Shown: in pieces, positions 9,943 through 20,727 of the stretch
How positions within the stretch are numbered: the stretch's first letter is position 1
Layout of the letters: every line of letters begins with the position of its first letter
From: Candidatus Egerieisoma sp.
Lineage (GTDB): Bacteria > Bacteroidota > Bacteroidia > Bacteroidales > UBA932
Assembly (NCBI GenBank): GCA_045592325.1
Contig: JAZNUM010000058.1
Coordinates: forward strand, 834-64,833
Reading direction: 5' to 3'
Length of the DNA stretch: 64,000 nt
Notes under the pieces: model-generated
The model's input: only the letters and a program-made list of their open reading frames with translations
Told to the model about the DNA's origin: nothing
The model's database searches: none
Made by a program: the position numbers and the translations under genes

Positions 9943-12309
9943 ATGTACAGAAAACTCCTCATCTGGGCACTTGCAGTTACAGTCTCAGTGCCGACATTTG
10001 CAGAAGGTGATGCTCTCAAAGCAGCAGAGAACAAAAAGGACACAATAAACGTACTCTCTGAAGTGGCTGTGGTTGCCAAAATGAAACAAAAGAATGATCT
10101 TAGGGAAGAGCCTCTCTCCTCTTCCACTATAAAACTGGGAGAAATTGAACGGAAACAGATTGTCTCGCTTCACGATGCTTCCATGCAGACACCAAATCTG
10201 CATATTCCAAATTACGGATCAAAGATGACCTCTTCAATTTATATAAGGGGTTTGGGAAGCAGGATTGACCACCCTGCAATAGGAATGTATGTAGACAATA
10301 TCCCATACCTGAACAAAAATGGATTTGACACGGATTTATGGGACATTATGCGCATTGAAGTGCTCCGTGGCCCGCAAAGCACCCTATATGGGCGCAATAC
10401 CATAGGCGGCATTATAAATGTATATACCCTTTCACCAAAGGTGTATCAGGGGGCAAGGGTTTCTGCAGGATACAGCAGCGGTGACACCTACAACATAAAA
10501 GGCTCGGTGTATATGAAGCCATCCGAAAAAGTTGCATTGAGCATAGGGGGAAACTACCTCAACAGAGGGGGATTTTTCACAAATGAATACACCGGCGAAA
10601 AATGTGATGACCAGGAGAGTGCAAGCGGAAGATTCAGATTTATATACACCCCAAACGGCAGGCTTACAATTGACAATTCCTTCTTCTTTGGAAAGGTGGA
10701 CCAGGGCGGATATGCCTACAGGCTCTACAATGCAGGTAACGGGACCATCGGGCCAGTAAACTACAATGACAAGTGCGGCTATGAAAGGACAACCATATCC
10801 AATGGTCTCTCTGTAAACTACAATACCGGAAGACACACTCTCTCCAGCGTAACATCATGGCAATATCTGGATGACTGCATGACTCTTGACCAGGACTTCA
10901 CTCCGGCGAGCATGTTTACCCTCAAACAAGCCCAGCATGAGAATACCGTTACCCAGGATTTCACTATCAAGAGGAATCAGGAAAACCGCAAATGGCAATG
11001 GCTTACAGGTATAACCCTTTTCTACAAGGATATGGATATGGATGCCCCTGTAAGGTTCAAAAAAGATGGTATCAACAACCTCATTTTAGGAGGAATCAAC
11101 GGAATGTTCCAGGGGATGCCGGCACCTATGAATACTGCAAGACTGCAGTTTGTACAGGATGAATTTGACCTTTCAAGCAAGTTTGAGATACCGGTCAAAG
11201 GGGTTGCACTGTACCACCAGTCGCAACTCTCGGCAGGAAAGTTCACCTTTACCGCAGGCCTGAGGCTCGATTATGAAGAGGCCTCTCTCAATTATCTGTG
11301 CAACAGTTCAGTAGATTACATCTACACCATGAAGATTCAGATGAGCCCTATGATGCCTCCAAGGGAGATTAAAGTGGAAAGCGGAGTAAATACTGCAATG
11401 GATGACAATTTGTCTGAAAACTGGTTTGAGGTGCTTCCAAAATTTGGAATCCAATATTCGCTGGGCAAAAAAGGGAATCTATATGCTACCGTAACCCGAG
11501 GATTCAAGGCTGGAGGTTATAACACACAGATATTCTCGGATATCCTGCAGAATGAACTCAAATCGGACCTTATGGCAGACCTTATGGACAAGTCCGGTGG
11601 AGCCTTAGGTTCTATGGGTGGAGGAATGCCGGGTGGAACTGCATCACCAGACTACTCCGTAGATGAGGTTATCACATACAAACCCGAGTATAGTTGGAAC
11701 TATGAAGTGGGAACACATCTATCCCTGATGGACGGGAAATTGAAAGCAGATGCAGCACTCTTCTACATAGACTGCACAGACCAGCAACTGACCGTTTTTC
11801 CAGACGGCAAAACAACAGGACGCATGATGACAAATGCAGGAAAGACAAAGAGCATTGGAGGGGAGATTGCATTGGATGCACAAATTACCCCGGCATTAAG
11901 ACTTGGCATTTCCTACGGCCACACATCAGCCAAATTCGTAAAATATGATGACGGGATAAACAATTACAAGAACAATTACGTACCATATGTGCCCCAGAAC
12001 ACCCTGGCTGCCAACGCATCATACACTTTCTGGAATGCAGGCAAACTGGCAGACAAGATTCAACTCAGATTGGGTTACAACGGAATTGGCAAAATATGGT
12101 GGGACGAGGCAAACCTCAACTCCCAGAAATTCTACTCACTCCTGAACGCATCAGTTTATGCGGAAAAGGGAAAATTCTCATTGGAATTGTGGAGCAAGAA
12201 CCTCAATGACGCCAATTATAACGCATTCTATTTTGTTTCTGTAGGAAATGCATTTTTCTCACAGGGCAATCCGGCAGAATATGGCGTTACAGTATCATTT
12301 CAACTATAA
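9943..12309 (+). CDS. TonB-dependent receptor (siderophore/iron-type)
   Basis: Signal peptide and plug motif IEVLRGPQSTLYGRNTIGGIINVYT. 788-aa barrel ending in an aromatic residue (VTVSFQL). Confidence 0.85.
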   Translation: MYRKLLIWALAVTVSVPTFAEGDALKAAENKKDTINVLSEVAVVAKMKQKNDLREEPLSSSTIKLGEIERKQIVSLHDASMQTPNLHIPNYGSKMTSSIYIRGLGSRIDHPAIGMYVDNIPYLNKNGFDTDLWDIMRIEVLRGPQSTLYGRNTIGGIINVYTLSPKVYQGARVSAGYSSGDTYNIKGSVYMKPSEKVALSIGGNYLNRGGFFTNEYTGEKCDDQESASGRFRFIYTPNGRLTIDNSFFFGKVDQGGYAYRLYNAGNGTIGPVNYNDKCGYERTTISNGLSVNYNTGRHTLSSVTSWQYLDDCMTLDQDFTPASMFTLKQAQHENTVTQDFTIKRNQENRKWQWLTGITLFYKDMDMDAPVRFKKDGINNLILGGINGMFQGMPAPMNTARLQFVQDEFDLSSKFEIPVKGVALYHQSQLSAGKFTFTAGLRLDYEEASLNYLCNSSVDYIYTMKIQMSPMMPPREIKVESGVNTAMDDNLSENWFEVLPKFGIQYSLGKKGNLYATVTRGFKAGGYNTQIFSDILQNELKSDLMADLMDKSGGALGSMGGGMPGGTASPDYSVDEVITYKPEYSWNYEVGTHLSLMDGKLKADAALFYIDCTDQQLTVFPDGKTTGRMMTNAGKTKSIGGEIALDAQITPALRLGISYGHTSAKFVKYDDGINNYKNNYVPYVPQNTLAANASYTFWNAGKLADKIQLRLGYNGIGKIWWDEANLNSQKFYSLLNASVYAEKGKFSLELWSKNLNDANYNAFYFVSVGNAFFSQGNPAEYGVTVSFQL

Positions 12310-12331
12310 AATTGTTGAAAACTTACAAAAA

Positions 12332-12357
12332 AAGTGCCCTCAAAGGGCACTTTTTTT
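12332..12357 (+). terminator. intrinsic terminator
   Basis: AAGTGCCCT-CAA-AGGGCACTT hairpin running into a T7 tract. Confidence 0.85.
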
Positions 12358-12391
12358 GTAGTGAAAAACTGTTCCATTTAACCTAAAAGAC

Positions 12392-13471
12392 ATGAATAAA
12401 AAAGCAAAGTGGGGATTGGTAGCACTGATCCTTGTTTCATTGGCGGCCTGGGGCATATATTCTTCGCTTCCTAAAGAGAATAAAGAACTTTCTGCCGCAG
12501 ACAAAATTTCAAAGGGAAAGACTAACAAGAACATCCTTAATGTGAATGCGATTGTTGTTAAACCTCAGACTCTTTCGGATGAAATTTTCATTAATGGAAG
12601 TTTGCTTCCCGACGAAGAGGTTGACCTCTCTTTTGAAACATCAGGAAAAATTGTAGAAATCAACTTCAAGGAGGGATCCTTTGTAAAGAAAGGCGACCTG
12701 TTGGCAAAGGTAAATGACAGGCACCTTCAGGCACAGTTGCAGAAACTCACCTCTCAGGTAAAACTTGCAGAAGACAGGGTTTACCGCCAGAGTACCCTTC
12801 TCAAGAGGGATGCAGTGAGCCAGGAGGCTTACGAGCAGGTAAAGACAGACCTTGCTACCCTGAAGGCAGATATAGAACTTGTAGAGGCAAACATTGCCCT
12901 GACGGAACTCCGTGCCCCATTTGATGGAGTAATAGGACTCAGGGGGGTAAGTGCCGGTTCATATGCCTCCCCTTCTACCGTTGTGGCAAAACTCACAAAA
13001 ATATCCCCCATTAAAGTGGAATTTGCAGTACCTGAGCATTATGCAGATGATGTAAAGGTTGGGTACAATGTGGAATTCTCACTCCCGGGCAAACTACAGC
13101 CGTTCAAGGCCAAGGTATATGCCAAAGAGTCAAAAATTGACCCTGTAACCCATACCCTTACCGTAAGGGCCCTGTATGACAACATCAAGGGGGAAACATT
13201 GGCAGGAAGATACGCCTCTGTAAATCTGGAAAAACAGAGGATAGAGAATGCCCTTGTGGTACCTTCAGAGGCAATTGTGCCGGAAATGGGTGTTGACAAA
13301 CTATACCTTTACAGGAGCGGCAAAGCCCAACCTGTAACAGTAAATGTCGGTATAAGGACAGACAAGTCTGTACAGATAGTGGACGGATTGAAACAGGGTG
13401 ACACCGTAATTGTATCCGGAACCCTACAATTGCGTATGGGGTTGCCTGTAACATTGGATAACATAGACTAG
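12392..13471 (+). CDS. RND efflux periplasmic adaptor (MFP/HlyD family)
   Basis: Membrane anchor plus barrel-sandwich/coiled-coil pattern (LAKVNDRHLQAQLQKL...LRAPFDGVIG). Sits upstream of the RND pump gene. Confidence 0.85.
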   Translation: MNKKAKWGLVALILVSLAAWGIYSSLPKENKELSAADKISKGKTNKNILNVNAIVVKPQTLSDEIFINGSLLPDEEVDLSFETSGKIVEINFKEGSFVKKGDLLAKVNDRHLQAQLQKLTSQVKLAEDRVYRQSTLLKRDAVSQEAYEQVKTDLATLKADIELVEANIALTELRAPFDGVIGLRGVSAGSYASPSTVVAKLTKISPIKVEFAVPEHYADDVKVGYNVEFSLPGKLQPFKAKVYAKESKIDPVTHTLTVRALYDNIKGETLAGRYASVNLEKQRIENALVVPSEAIVPEMGVDKLYLYRSGKAQPVTVNVGIRTDKSVQIVDGLKQGDTVIVSGTLQLRMGLPVTLDNID

Positions 13472-13479
13472 CCTGCCCT

Positions 13480-16400
13480 ATGAACATTTCAGAACTAAGT
13501 ATCCGCCGCCCCGTACTGGCAACGGTTATGACCGTAATAATACTGCTGTTCGGTATTATCGGTTATACCTATTTGGGCGTAAGGGAATATCCTTCTGTGG
13601 ATAATCCCATAATTTCAGTACAATGTTCCTATGCAGGTGCCAATGCAGATGTTATTGAGAACCAGATTACAGAACCTCTTGAACAGAATATCAACGGTAT
13701 CCCCGGCATCCGCTCCCTCTCAAGTGTGAGCCAGCAGGGTTCGAGCCGTATTACTGTAGAGTTTGAACTCTCCGTAGATTTGGAGACCGCTGCAAATGAT
13801 GTGAGGGACAAGGTGTCCAGAGCGCAGCGTTACCTTCCAAGGGACTGCGACCCTCCTACCGTTTCAAAAGCAGATGCAGATGCCCGTCCAATCATTATGG
13901 TTGCTCTGCAGAGCGACAAACGCTCTCTGCTGGAGTTGAGCGAGATTGCAGACCTCACAGTAAAGGAGCAGTTGCAGACCATTCCGGATGTGAGCGGTGT
14001 AAGCATCTGGGGTGAAAAGAAATATTCTATGCGTCTGTGGCTGGACCCCATAAAAATGTCGGGATACGGAATAACCCCTATTGACATTAAGAATGCGGTT
14101 GACAAGGAGAATGTAGAGTTGCCAAGTGGAAGTATAGAGGGAAACACCACAGAACTTACCATCCGCACATTGGGTCTGATGCACACAGCCCAGCAGTTCA
14201 ACAACCTCATCATTAAGGAAGTTGACGGAAAGATTGTCCGTTTCAGTGATGTGGGCCGTGCTGAACTCGGCCCTGCCGACATCAAAAGTTACATGAAGAT
14301 GAACGGTATCCCTATGATTGGTGTTGTTGTGACTCCCCAACCGGGTGCAAACCACATTGACATTGCTGATGCCGTATATGAAAGGATGGAGAGGATGAAG
14401 AAAGACCTTCCTGAAGATGTGACATATTCATATGGCTTTGACAACACAAGGTTTATCCGCGCATCCATAAATGAGGTTAAGGAGACCGTATATGTGGCAT
14501 TCATCCTTGTAATCATCATTATCTTCCTCTTCCTCAGAGACTGGAGGGTTACACTGGTCCCTTGTATTGTAATCCCGGTATCCCTTATTGGAGCCTTCTT
14601 TATAATGTACCTTGCGGGATTCTCAATAAATGTACTCTCAATGCTGGCGGTGGTGCTGGCGGTAGGTCTTGTGGTGGATGATGCCATTGTAATGACTGAG
14701 AACATATATGTGAGGATTGAGAGGGGTATGAACCCCAAGGAGGCCGGTATTGAGGGAGCCAAGGAGATTTTCTTTGCAGTAATCTCCACTACTGTAACAC
14801 TGGTTGCAGTATTCTTCCCGATAGTTTTCATGGAGGGACAGACAGGGCGTCTGTTCAGGGAGTTCAGTATAGTGGTTTCAGGCTCTGTGATAATTTCATC
14901 ATTTGCCGCCCTTACCTTTACCCCTATGCTTGCCACAAAACTGCTTGTAAAGAGTGAGAAGAAGAACCGTTTCTACCAGATGACAGAGCCGTTCTTTGAG
15001 GGGATGAACAGGATTTACAGCCGCTCTCTGGAGGCACTGCTCAGGATGAAGTGGATTGTACTCCCTTTTGTTGCCATAATGTTCGGCCTCATTGTACTGC
15101 TATGGACTATAATACCAGCCGAGACAGCCCCAATGGAGGACCGTTCCCAAATAAACATAAACACCAGCGGAGCCGAGGGTGTAACCTATGAGTTCATGAG
15201 GGACTATACAGAGGATATAAACCGTCTTGTAGATTCACTGGTTCCTGACGCAAAGGCAGTAACTGCCAGGGTATGGAGCGGTAGCGGCAACATTCAGGTG
15301 ATGCTCAAGGATATTAAGGAGAGGGATTACACCCAGATGGATGTTGCAGAGAAACTTTCCCAGGCTGTAAGAAAAAAGACAAATGCGAGGTCGTTTGTAC
15401 AGCAGACATCCTCATTTGGAGGCAGAAGGGGCGGTATGCCGGTACAGTATGTACTCCAGACCACCAGCATTGAGAAACTGCAGGAGGTACTCCCTACATT
15501 CCTTGCAAAGGTGTATGACAACCCTACATTCCAGATGGCAGATGTGAACCTGAAGTTCAGCAAGCCTGAGGTAAGGATAAACATAAACCGCGACAAGGCA
15601 AACATTATGGGTGTGAGTACCCGTAACATAGCCCAAGTACTCCAGTACGGATTGAGCGGCCAGCGTATGGGTTATTTCTATATGAACGGAAAACAGTATG
15701 AGATTCTGGGTGAGATAAACCGCCAGCAGAGAAATACACCTGCCAACCTCAAATCCATTTACATCCGCACAGACAAAGGAGAAATGGTTCAGATGGACAA
15801 CCTTGTAGACCTTGTAGGAGGTATTGCCCCTCCAAAACTCTACAGATACAACCGTTTCGTTTCTGCCACAATCTCTGCAGGTCTGGCCAAAGGAAAGACC
15901 ATAGGCCAGGGTCTGGATGAGATGGACAAGATTGCCAAGGAGGTTCTGGATGACTCGTTCAGGACAGCATTGTCGGGAGAATCCAAGGAGTACAGGGAGA
16001 GTTCTTCTTCCCTCATGTTTGCATTTGTACTGGCAATTGTACTCATTTACCTCATCCTTGCAGCACAGTTTGAGAGTTTCAAGGATCCGGTGATAATTAT
16101 GCTTACTGTACCTCTTGCAATTGCAGGTGCTCTGGTATTCATGTATTTTGGTGGGGTAACAATGAACATCTTCAGCCAGATTGGTATAATTATGCTCATT
16201 GGACTTGTAGCCAAGAACGGTATCCTCATTGTGGAGTTTGCAAACCAGAAACAGGAAGCAGGCTTGAGCAAGGAGCAGGCCATAAAGGAGGCTTCAATGC
16301 AACGTCTCCGTCCTATCCTCATGACCAGTGTATCCACAATCCTGGGATTGCTTCCATTGGCATTTGCCGGTGGTGAGGGTGCAAACCAGCGTATTGCAAT

Positions 16401-16527
16401 GGGTGTAACAGTTGTTGGTGGAATGCTGGTTTCTACAGTTCTTACAATGTATGTGGTTCCTGCCATTTACAGTTATATCTCAACAGACAGGGCAAAGAAG
16501 GCTGCGGCGGCTGCCCTAAAAAAATAA
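13480..16527 (+). CDS. RND efflux transporter permease (AcrB/HAE1 family)
   Basis: 1015 aa. The N-terminus MNISELSIRRPVLATVMT and the AVVLAVGLVVDDAIVMTENI motif are typical of AcrB-type pumps. Confidence 0.9.
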   Translation: MNISELSIRRPVLATVMTVIILLFGIIGYTYLGVREYPSVDNPIISVQCSYAGANADVIENQITEPLEQNINGIPGIRSLSSVSQQGSSRITVEFELSVDLETAANDVRDKVSRAQRYLPRDCDPPTVSKADADARPIIMVALQSDKRSLLELSEIADLTVKEQLQTIPDVSGVSIWGEKKYSMRLWLDPIKMSGYGITPIDIKNAVDKENVELPSGSIEGNTTELTIRTLGLMHTAQQFNNLIIKEVDGKIVRFSDVGRAELGPADIKSYMKMNGIPMIGVVVTPQPGANHIDIADAVYERMERMKKDLPEDVTYSYGFDNTRFIRASINEVKETVYVAFILVIIIIFLFLRDWRVTLVPCIVIPVSLIGAFFIMYLAGFSINVLSMLAVVLAVGLVVDDAIVMTENIYVRIERGMNPKEAGIEGAKEIFFAVISTTVTLVAVFFPIVFMEGQTGRLFREFSIVVSGSVIISSFAALTFTPMLATKLLVKSEKKNRFYQMTEPFFEGMNRIYSRSLEALLRMKWIVLPFVAIMFGLIVLLWTIIPAETAPMEDRSQININTSGAEGVTYEFMRDYTEDINRLVDSLVPDAKAVTARVWSGSGNIQVMLKDIKERDYTQMDVAEKLSQAVRKKTNARSFVQQTSSFGGRRGGMPVQYVLQTTSIEKLQEVLPTFLAKVYDNPTFQMADVNLKFSKPEVRININRDKANIMGVSTRNIAQVLQYGLSGQRMGYFYMNGKQYEILGEINRQQRNTPANLKSIYIRTDKGEMVQMDNLVDLVGGIAPPKLYRYNRFVSATISAGLAKGKTIGQGLDEMDKIAKEVLDDSFRTALSGESKEYRESSSSLMFAFVLAIVLIYLILAAQFESFKDPVIIMLTVPLAIAGALVFMYFGGVTMNIFSQIGIIMLIGLVAKNGILIVEFANQKQEAGLSKEQAIKEASMQRLRPILMTSVSTILGLLPLAFAGGEGANQRIAMGVTVVGGMLVSTVLTMYVVPAIYSYISTDRAKKAAAAALKK

Positions 16528-16537
16528 TGATGGTAAT

Positions 16538-17860
16538 ATGAAGAAATTATTTACATATATTGCATGCGCATTGTTCTGTGGCACTGTTGCTGCCCAGAAC
16601 AATGTATATACCCTTCAGGAGTGCCTCAAGGAGGGGTTGCAGAACAACTATTCCCTTAAGATTGAGAAGAACAACCAGCGCATTTCAGACAATAATGCCA
16701 CATTGGGAAATGCAGGGTTCCTACCCTCTGTAAATGCATCGGGAAGATACTCCGGGAGTTCACAGGACACCGAAACAAAACTTAGGGATACCAGGGAAAT
16801 TGTGGAGGAGAACGGTATCTTCAACCAGACAATTGATGCCGGTGTTGACCTCAACTTTACAGTTTTTGAGGGGTTCAATGTAACCACCACCTATAAAAAA
16901 TTGAAGGAACTGCAGGGACAGGGGGAACTCAATACCCGCATTGCCGTAGAAAACCTTGTTGCAGAAATTACTGCCGAGTATTACAACTACATTCAGCAGC
17001 AGATAAGGCTCAAGAACTTCAGATATGCAGTTGCCCTCTCAAAAGAGAGGTTGAGGGTAGTGGAGCAGAGGTACAGGATAGGAAACTTCTCGGGATTGGA
17101 TTACCAGCAGGCAAAGGTTGACTTCAACTCTGACAGTTCTGCCTTCATGAAACAGCAGGAGGCGCTGCAAAGTTCTGCAATTGCCCTAAATGAACTTCTT
17201 GCCAGGGAAAACCTTAATGTTCCAATTGCTGTGGCAGACACTGCAATTGAAGTGGCAGGAGAACTGGTATTTGATGATCTTATGGGAGATATGATGGAGA
17301 ACAACACCTCCCTCCTTCGTGCCCGCATGGACAACAGGATAGCAGTGCTTGATTATAAAATAAAGGCATCACAAACATACCCATACCTGAGGCTTAATGC
17401 CGGTTACGGATACACCCTCAACAAATACAACAAGGGGGCCAACTACCATAGGGCAACCCTTGGGGCAGATTTTGGAGTAACACTTGGAATAAACATATTT
17501 GACGGCAACAATGCCCGCAGGGAGAGGCGCAATGCCAGAATAAACATTGAGAATGCCCGCCTGGAGCAGACAGATGTGGAGCAGGCACTAAAATCAGACC
17601 TGTACAATATCTGGCAGGCCTACAGAAACAACCTCCAGGTACTGGAACTTGAGAAGGAAAATCTGGTTACAGCCAAATTGAACCATGAAATTGCCATGGA
17701 GAGGTACATGCTGGGAGATTTGTCGGGAATAGAGATGAGGGAGGCGCAGAAAAGCCTCTTGGATGCTGAAGAGAGGCTGCTCTCTGCAAGTTACAACACC
17801 AAACTCTGCGAAATCTCACTTTTGCAGATAAGCGGTAGAGTACAGGAGTATCTGCAATAG
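16538..17860 (+). CDS. TolC-family outer membrane efflux protein
   Basis: Signal peptide, then YTLQECLKEGLQNNYSLKI and repeated coiled-coil halves. Third gene of the RND operon. Confidence 0.85.
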   Translation: MKKLFTYIACALFCGTVAAQNNVYTLQECLKEGLQNNYSLKIEKNNQRISDNNATLGNAGFLPSVNASGRYSGSSQDTETKLRDTREIVEENGIFNQTIDAGVDLNFTVFEGFNVTTTYKKLKELQGQGELNTRIAVENLVAEITAEYYNYIQQQIRLKNFRYAVALSKERLRVVEQRYRIGNFSGLDYQQAKVDFNSDSSAFMKQQEALQSSAIALNELLARENLNVPIAVADTAIEVAGELVFDDLMGDMMENNTSLLRARMDNRIAVLDYKIKASQTYPYLRLNAGYGYTLNKYNKGANYHRATLGADFGVTLGINIFDGNNARRERRNARINIENARLEQTDVEQALKSDLYNIWQAYRNNLQVLELEKENLVTAKLNHEIAMERYMLGDLSGIEMREAQKSLLDAEERLLSASYNTKLCEISLLQISGRVQEYLQ

Positions 17861-17883
17861 ACGAAGTGGCCTATTGCAGATAC
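17848..17883. terminator. perfect 13-bp inverted repeat hairpin between convergent genes
   Basis: GTATCTGCAATAG-(10 nt)-CTATTGCAGATAC. Includes the tolC stop codon and abuts the stop of the converging gene. No T tract. Confidence 0.5.
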
Positions 17884-18432
17884 TCAATTGTACTTCTGGA
17901 ACTTGTAACCCATTCTCTTGAGTTGCAGGCCGGCACCTATCTTGTACATCACCTTCATGGTGCGGGCAAGCATATAGAATGCCTTTTCCGAGCCAGGCTC
18001 AAAATCCTCTTTCATTATCATGGATATTGCCTTCTCTGCACAGGTGATGGTAATGTCCCTTATCTCCCTCTCCTCTGGGGAGCCAAGTGGATAACCGAGG
18101 ATGTTCACCATTATATGGTCATCCATGTCATCCCACCCCTCAACACCGTAAAACTTGTCGTAGGCATTGAACTGGTTGGCAATCCAATCCACATCCCACC
18201 ATTTGGCAACAGCCATTCCCATAAATGCCGGCCATGCAATTGAGGCATTGGGGTAATCATTTACCTGTTCAATGGCGTCAGTCATATATGGTGTGGCATA
18301 ATCATTCCACTTCTCTGTTATATCTTCACTCTCTGCAAGCACAGAATCCAACAGCCCTGCCCCATTGCAAAGTTTGAGCAGTTCCAACTGCAGGCGCTCC
18401 TCAAAACTGTTATAATATTCCAAATCGTTCAT
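17884..18432 (-). CDS. hypothetical protein
   Basis: Long ORF with no recognised motif. Start taken at MNDLEYY; ATGs at 18453 and 18489 are also possible. Confidence 0.5.
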   Translation of the reverse strand: MNDLEYYNSFEERLQLELLKLCNGAGLLDSVLAESEDITEKWNDYATPYMTDAIEQVNDYPNASIAWPAFMGMAVAKWWDVDWIANQFNAYDKFYGVEGWDDMDDHIMVNILGYPLGSPEEREIRDITITCAEKAISMIMKEDFEPGSEKAFYMLARTMKVMYKIGAGLQLKRMGYKFQKYN

Positions 18433-18496
18433 AATTGTGCAAAGGTAATACATTTCAATAAATTTGCTTCCCGACAAATTATTGGGCATTATTCAT

Positions 18497-18504
18497 TATC
18501 TTTG
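18497..18504 (+). promoter_or_regulatory. -7 promoter box TATCTTTG
   Basis: TAnnTTTG match 24 nt upstream of the ATG at 18528. Confidence 0.45.
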
Positions 18505-18527
18505 TTATCAAACAAAAACCACACACT

Positions 18528-19412
18528 ATGAAAAGAAGAGTTGTACTTTTGACCGTATCCTTTTTCTTTGCAGCGGCAGCATTTGCACAAAATGATTCAC
18601 TCACATTTGCCAATGCCAAATGGAATATAAAGGAGATAGACAAAGGTATTACATTAAAGGAGTACCACTTTACCGGAGATTCCAGAATCTTTGACTCAAA
18701 CCAGTATATTTCAATCATTGAGATTGATTCCAGGAAAGCAAAAGGTCGTTTTGCACTGGCAAGTGATCCCGGCAAGATAACCCCTACCAGCAAATTTGCA
18801 AAGGACAGCGGGGCTGTTGTGGCAATGAACGGCACATTCTACAATATGAGCAAACCATACAACTGCGTATGCTACTTCAGAAAAAATGGTGTGGAGGAGT
18901 TCTCAAATACTGAGAAAATGGCCCAGAGGGACAATGGCGCCATTGCAATTTCCAAGAATGGAAAAATTGCAATCTATGCTGCAGACCCCGCAGTACCGGG
19001 CAATATTGCAGCAAACCAGACCTGGCCTTCCAAACTTGAGGAGCCTTCTGCAATGTCAAGCGGTCCTATCCTTCTAGTTGACGGCAATGATGCCCGCCTG
19101 GATGAAAACTCATTCAACCGTAACCGCCACCCACGTAGTGCAATAGGCACCAAAGGGAAGAAAGTATATCTTGTGGCAGTTGACGGCCGCAACAAAGAGA
19201 ATGCACAGGGTGTAAGCCTATGGGAGTTCACCAAAATCATGCGCTGGATTGGTGCAGAGGATGCCCTCAATATGGACGGTGGCGGCTCAACTACCCTTTA
19301 TGCAGAGGGAGAAAACGGCAACGGCATTGTAAACCACCCTTCAGACAACAGGAAATTCGACCGTGAGGGTGAAAGGCGCATTGTAAACTCGCTTCTGTTT
19401 ATACTCAAATAG
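18528..19412 (+). CDS. phosphodiester glycosidase family protein (DUF2233/NAGPA-like)
   Basis: Signal peptide. AVVAMNGTFY...HPRSAIG...ALNMDGGGSTTLY is the characteristic pattern of this family. Confidence 0.7.
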   Translation: MKRRVVLLTVSFFFAAAAFAQNDSLTFANAKWNIKEIDKGITLKEYHFTGDSRIFDSNQYISIIEIDSRKAKGRFALASDPGKITPTSKFAKDSGAVVAMNGTFYNMSKPYNCVCYFRKNGVEEFSNTEKMAQRDNGAIAISKNGKIAIYAADPAVPGNIAANQTWPSKLEEPSAMSSGPILLVDGNDARLDENSFNRNRHPRSAIGTKGKKVYLVAVDGRNKENAQGVSLWEFTKIMRWIGAEDALNMDGGGSTTLYAEGENGNGIVNHPSDNRKFDREGERRIVNSLLFILK

Positions 19413-20286
19413 CCCGCCCGGCCAGTTTGTCCAGTGCCAGTATAACGAGTTTTTCTACCAGTTCCTTATAGTCCGGTTCTGCCCCTTTGTGATAGCGGTT
19501 GGCGATTATGCAGCAGACAGTACCTCCGCGGTGGCCGAGTTTGCGGGCCATACCTGCAAGGGCCGAGCCCTCCATCTCAAAGTTGGTAATGCGGTAATCT
19601 CCGAAGCGGAACTGCTCAAATTTCTCCATCATATCAGGCATTGCCAAAGGGAGGCGCAAAACTCTTCCCTGAGGGCCATAGAACCCTGGGGCGGAGATTG
19701 TAACACCTTTAACGGTTACATCTGCAAAAAGGTCTATGAGTTCCTGTGATGCCCCTACGAAATATGGTGCAGGGAGGTGGCTGTCCCAACCTGTAGCAGC
19801 CACAAATGCCTCTTCCATCTCTTTGTATGAAACCTCATCTCTGCCGGCATACCAGTTCATAAGGCCGTCGGCTCCAACCGAGATATGGGAGAAGACATAC
19901 GACCCCACCGGAATATCGGGCTGTATTGCTCCCGATGTTCCTATACGGAGTATCCTCAAACTCCTGAGGTTCTTCTTAACCTGTCGGGAAGAAAAGTCTA
20001 TGTTTACAAGTGCATCCAACTCAGTCATAACAATATCCAGGTTGTCGCACCCTATACCGGTAGAGATTACTGTCATGCGGGTACCTTTGTAGGTTCCGGT
20101 GGCCGAGACAAATTCGCGGGAAGCCTTGCGCACCTCCACCCGGTCAAAGAATGAGGATACAAGTTCCACCCTGCCCGGGTCCCCTACAAGGATTACGGTA
20201 TCTGCCAATTCCTCCGATTTCAAATGCAGATGAAATACCGAACCGTCACTGTTGATGATGAGTTCCGATGCCCCTATTTTTTCCAT
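19405..20286 (-). CDS. nucleoside phosphorylase (PNP/UDP family)
   Basis: VILVGDPGRV...TGIG...RIGTSGA...EMEGSALA are PNP_UDP_1 motifs. Confidence 0.8.
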   Translation of the reverse strand: MEKIGASELIINSDGSVFHLHLKSEELADTVILVGDPGRVELVSSFFDRVEVRKASREFVSATGTYKGTRMTVISTGIGCDNLDIVMTELDALVNIDFSSRQVKKNLRSLRILRIGTSGAIQPDIPVGSYVFSHISVGADGLMNWYAGRDEVSYKEMEEAFVAATGWDSHLPAPYFVGASQELIDLFADVTVKGVTISAPGFYGPQGRVLRLPLAMPDMMEKFEQFRFGDYRITNFEMEGSALAGMARKLGHRGGTVCCIIANRYHKGAEPDYKELVEKLVILALDKLAGRAI

Positions 20287-20708
20287 TTTTTCCTGTTTTT
20301 GGTCATATCCCTTAGTGAGTTCATGGATTGCACCAATGCCTCATCCTCGGAAATTTTCCTGAATGCCATGAATACAAAAATTCCTGCAACTATTGGGAAT
20401 ACCGCAGAAATTGTAAATACAGTACCGTCAAGCCTTGTAAAGAACATGTACGCTATCCATGCCTGGAATGCAAAAAGTACCAGCATGTTGTAGATGCAAA
20501 GACGCATCTGCGAGATTCTTCTCTTGTATATGAAAATGCAGAAGAATGACAATACAAATGTTACAATTACAAAAATGAGGAATGGCCAATACTGTGTAAA
20601 CTTCATCACAACATTACCATCCAGATCCCTCATGAGAGGTCTGAAAAACAACGAGAACAATATTCCCGACGAAGCAAGCAAATATAAACTCTGTAATCTC
20701 TGTATCAT
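20274..20708 (-). CDS. DUF4293-type small membrane protein
   Basis: MIQRLQSLYLLASS N-terminus and four TM segments, as in Bacteroidota DUF4293 proteins. Confidence 0.6.
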   Translation of the reverse strand: MIQRLQSLYLLASSGILFSLFFRPLMRDLDGNVVMKFTQYWPFLIFVIVTFVLSFFCIFIYKRRISQMRLCIYNMLVLFAFQAWIAYMFFTRLDGTVFTISAVFPIVAGIFVFMAFRKISEDEALVQSMNSLRDMTKNRKKWKK

Positions 20709-20727
20709 ATCCTTTTATTTTAATTAT

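Noticed and set aside
13830-14936. Several 150-215-aa minus-strand ORFs.
   Set aside because: They are antisense to the RND pump gene and have no start context or motifs.
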